64,000 nucleotides of DNA, from contig JAFLYY010000001.1 of NCBI GenBank assembly GCA_029785825.1, forward strand, positions 649,374-713,373, read 5' to 3'. Below, one piece after another: positions 63,894-64,000 of this stretch (its first letter is position 1; every line of letters begins with the position of its first letter). This DNA comes from Nitrososphaerota archaeon (lineage in GTDB: Archaea; Thermoproteota; Nitrososphaeria; Nitrososphaerales; Gagatemarchaeaceae). The notes beneath the pieces were generated by a model. It was given only the letters and a program-made list of their open reading frames with translations. It was not told the DNA's origin and searched no databases. Made by a program: the position numbers and the translations under genes.

Positions 63894-64000
63894 ATGGTAG
63901 AGATCAGGAAGGACTACTTCACGGAAAAGCTCTCGATAATCCTCCCCGACAGGGGGCTGAAGCCGGGCCAGGTCATCCCGCAGCGGGCAGAGAAGTGCAA
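63894..64000 (+). CDS. Partial ORF, possibly GalT/HIT-family nucleotidyltransferase (3' end outside window)
   Basis: MVEIRKDYFTEKLSIILPDRGLKPGQ resembles the N terminus of GalT-like enzymes. Only 35 codons are visible. Confidence 0.35.
   Translation, partial: MVEIRKDYFTEKLSIILPDRGLKPGQVIPQRAEKC

Noticed and set aside
1-64000. CRISPR arrays, rRNA genes, IS elements or integrases
   Set aside because: No direct-repeat/spacer periodicity, rRNA-like conserved blocks, transposase or integrase-like ORFs were seen on either strand.

Overview
This window is a gene-dense 64-kb segment of a high-G+C archaeal chromosome. I cannot assign a lineage without a database search. It combines SMC-ScpAB, GatDE, a fused-editing ThrRS and Elp3 with ribosomal proteins eS8, eS25, eS26 and eS30. 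About 70 genes are supported, mostly information processing: smc/scpA/scpB, srp19, gar1, tfb, nop5/fibrillarin, trm1, trmI, rlmE, elp3, gatDE, thrS, proS, polB, DNA ligase, rnhB, rpoK, alba and endA. There are also nucleotide salvage genes (cdd, tdk, upp, udp), an agmatine-to-putrescine pair, a sugar-type ABC transporter operon and a stomatin/NfeD pair. No rRNA, tRNA or CRISPR array was found. Many genes are joined by 4-nt start/stop overlaps. All product calls rest on motifs recognised by eye, because no searches were run. The main result is that two housekeeping protein genes, rnhB and the eS30 gene, look frameshifted near their 5' ends. In each, removing one short segment (28 nt and 31 nt) restores a near-invariant protein motif (DEAGRG...GP and HGSLTKAGKVR). 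The boundaries required by the protein sequence coincide exactly with the two cleavage positions of a bulge-helix-bulge (BHB) RNA motif that can be drawn on the sequence. These are therefore candidate mRNA introns processed by the tRNA-splicing endonuclease, whose gene (endA) also lies in the window. Other notable items are listed below.
- A lower-G+C insertion carries a free-standing LAGLIDADG endonuclease fused to winged-helix domains, directly upstream of rnhB.
- DNA polymerase B contains a 461-aa LAGLIDADG intein.
- A GNAT acetyltransferase is frameshifted at a homopolymer.
- A 0.7-kb ORF-poor stretch sits between srp19 and gar1.
- A fused ABC permease encodes its first TM helix upstream of any canonical start codon.
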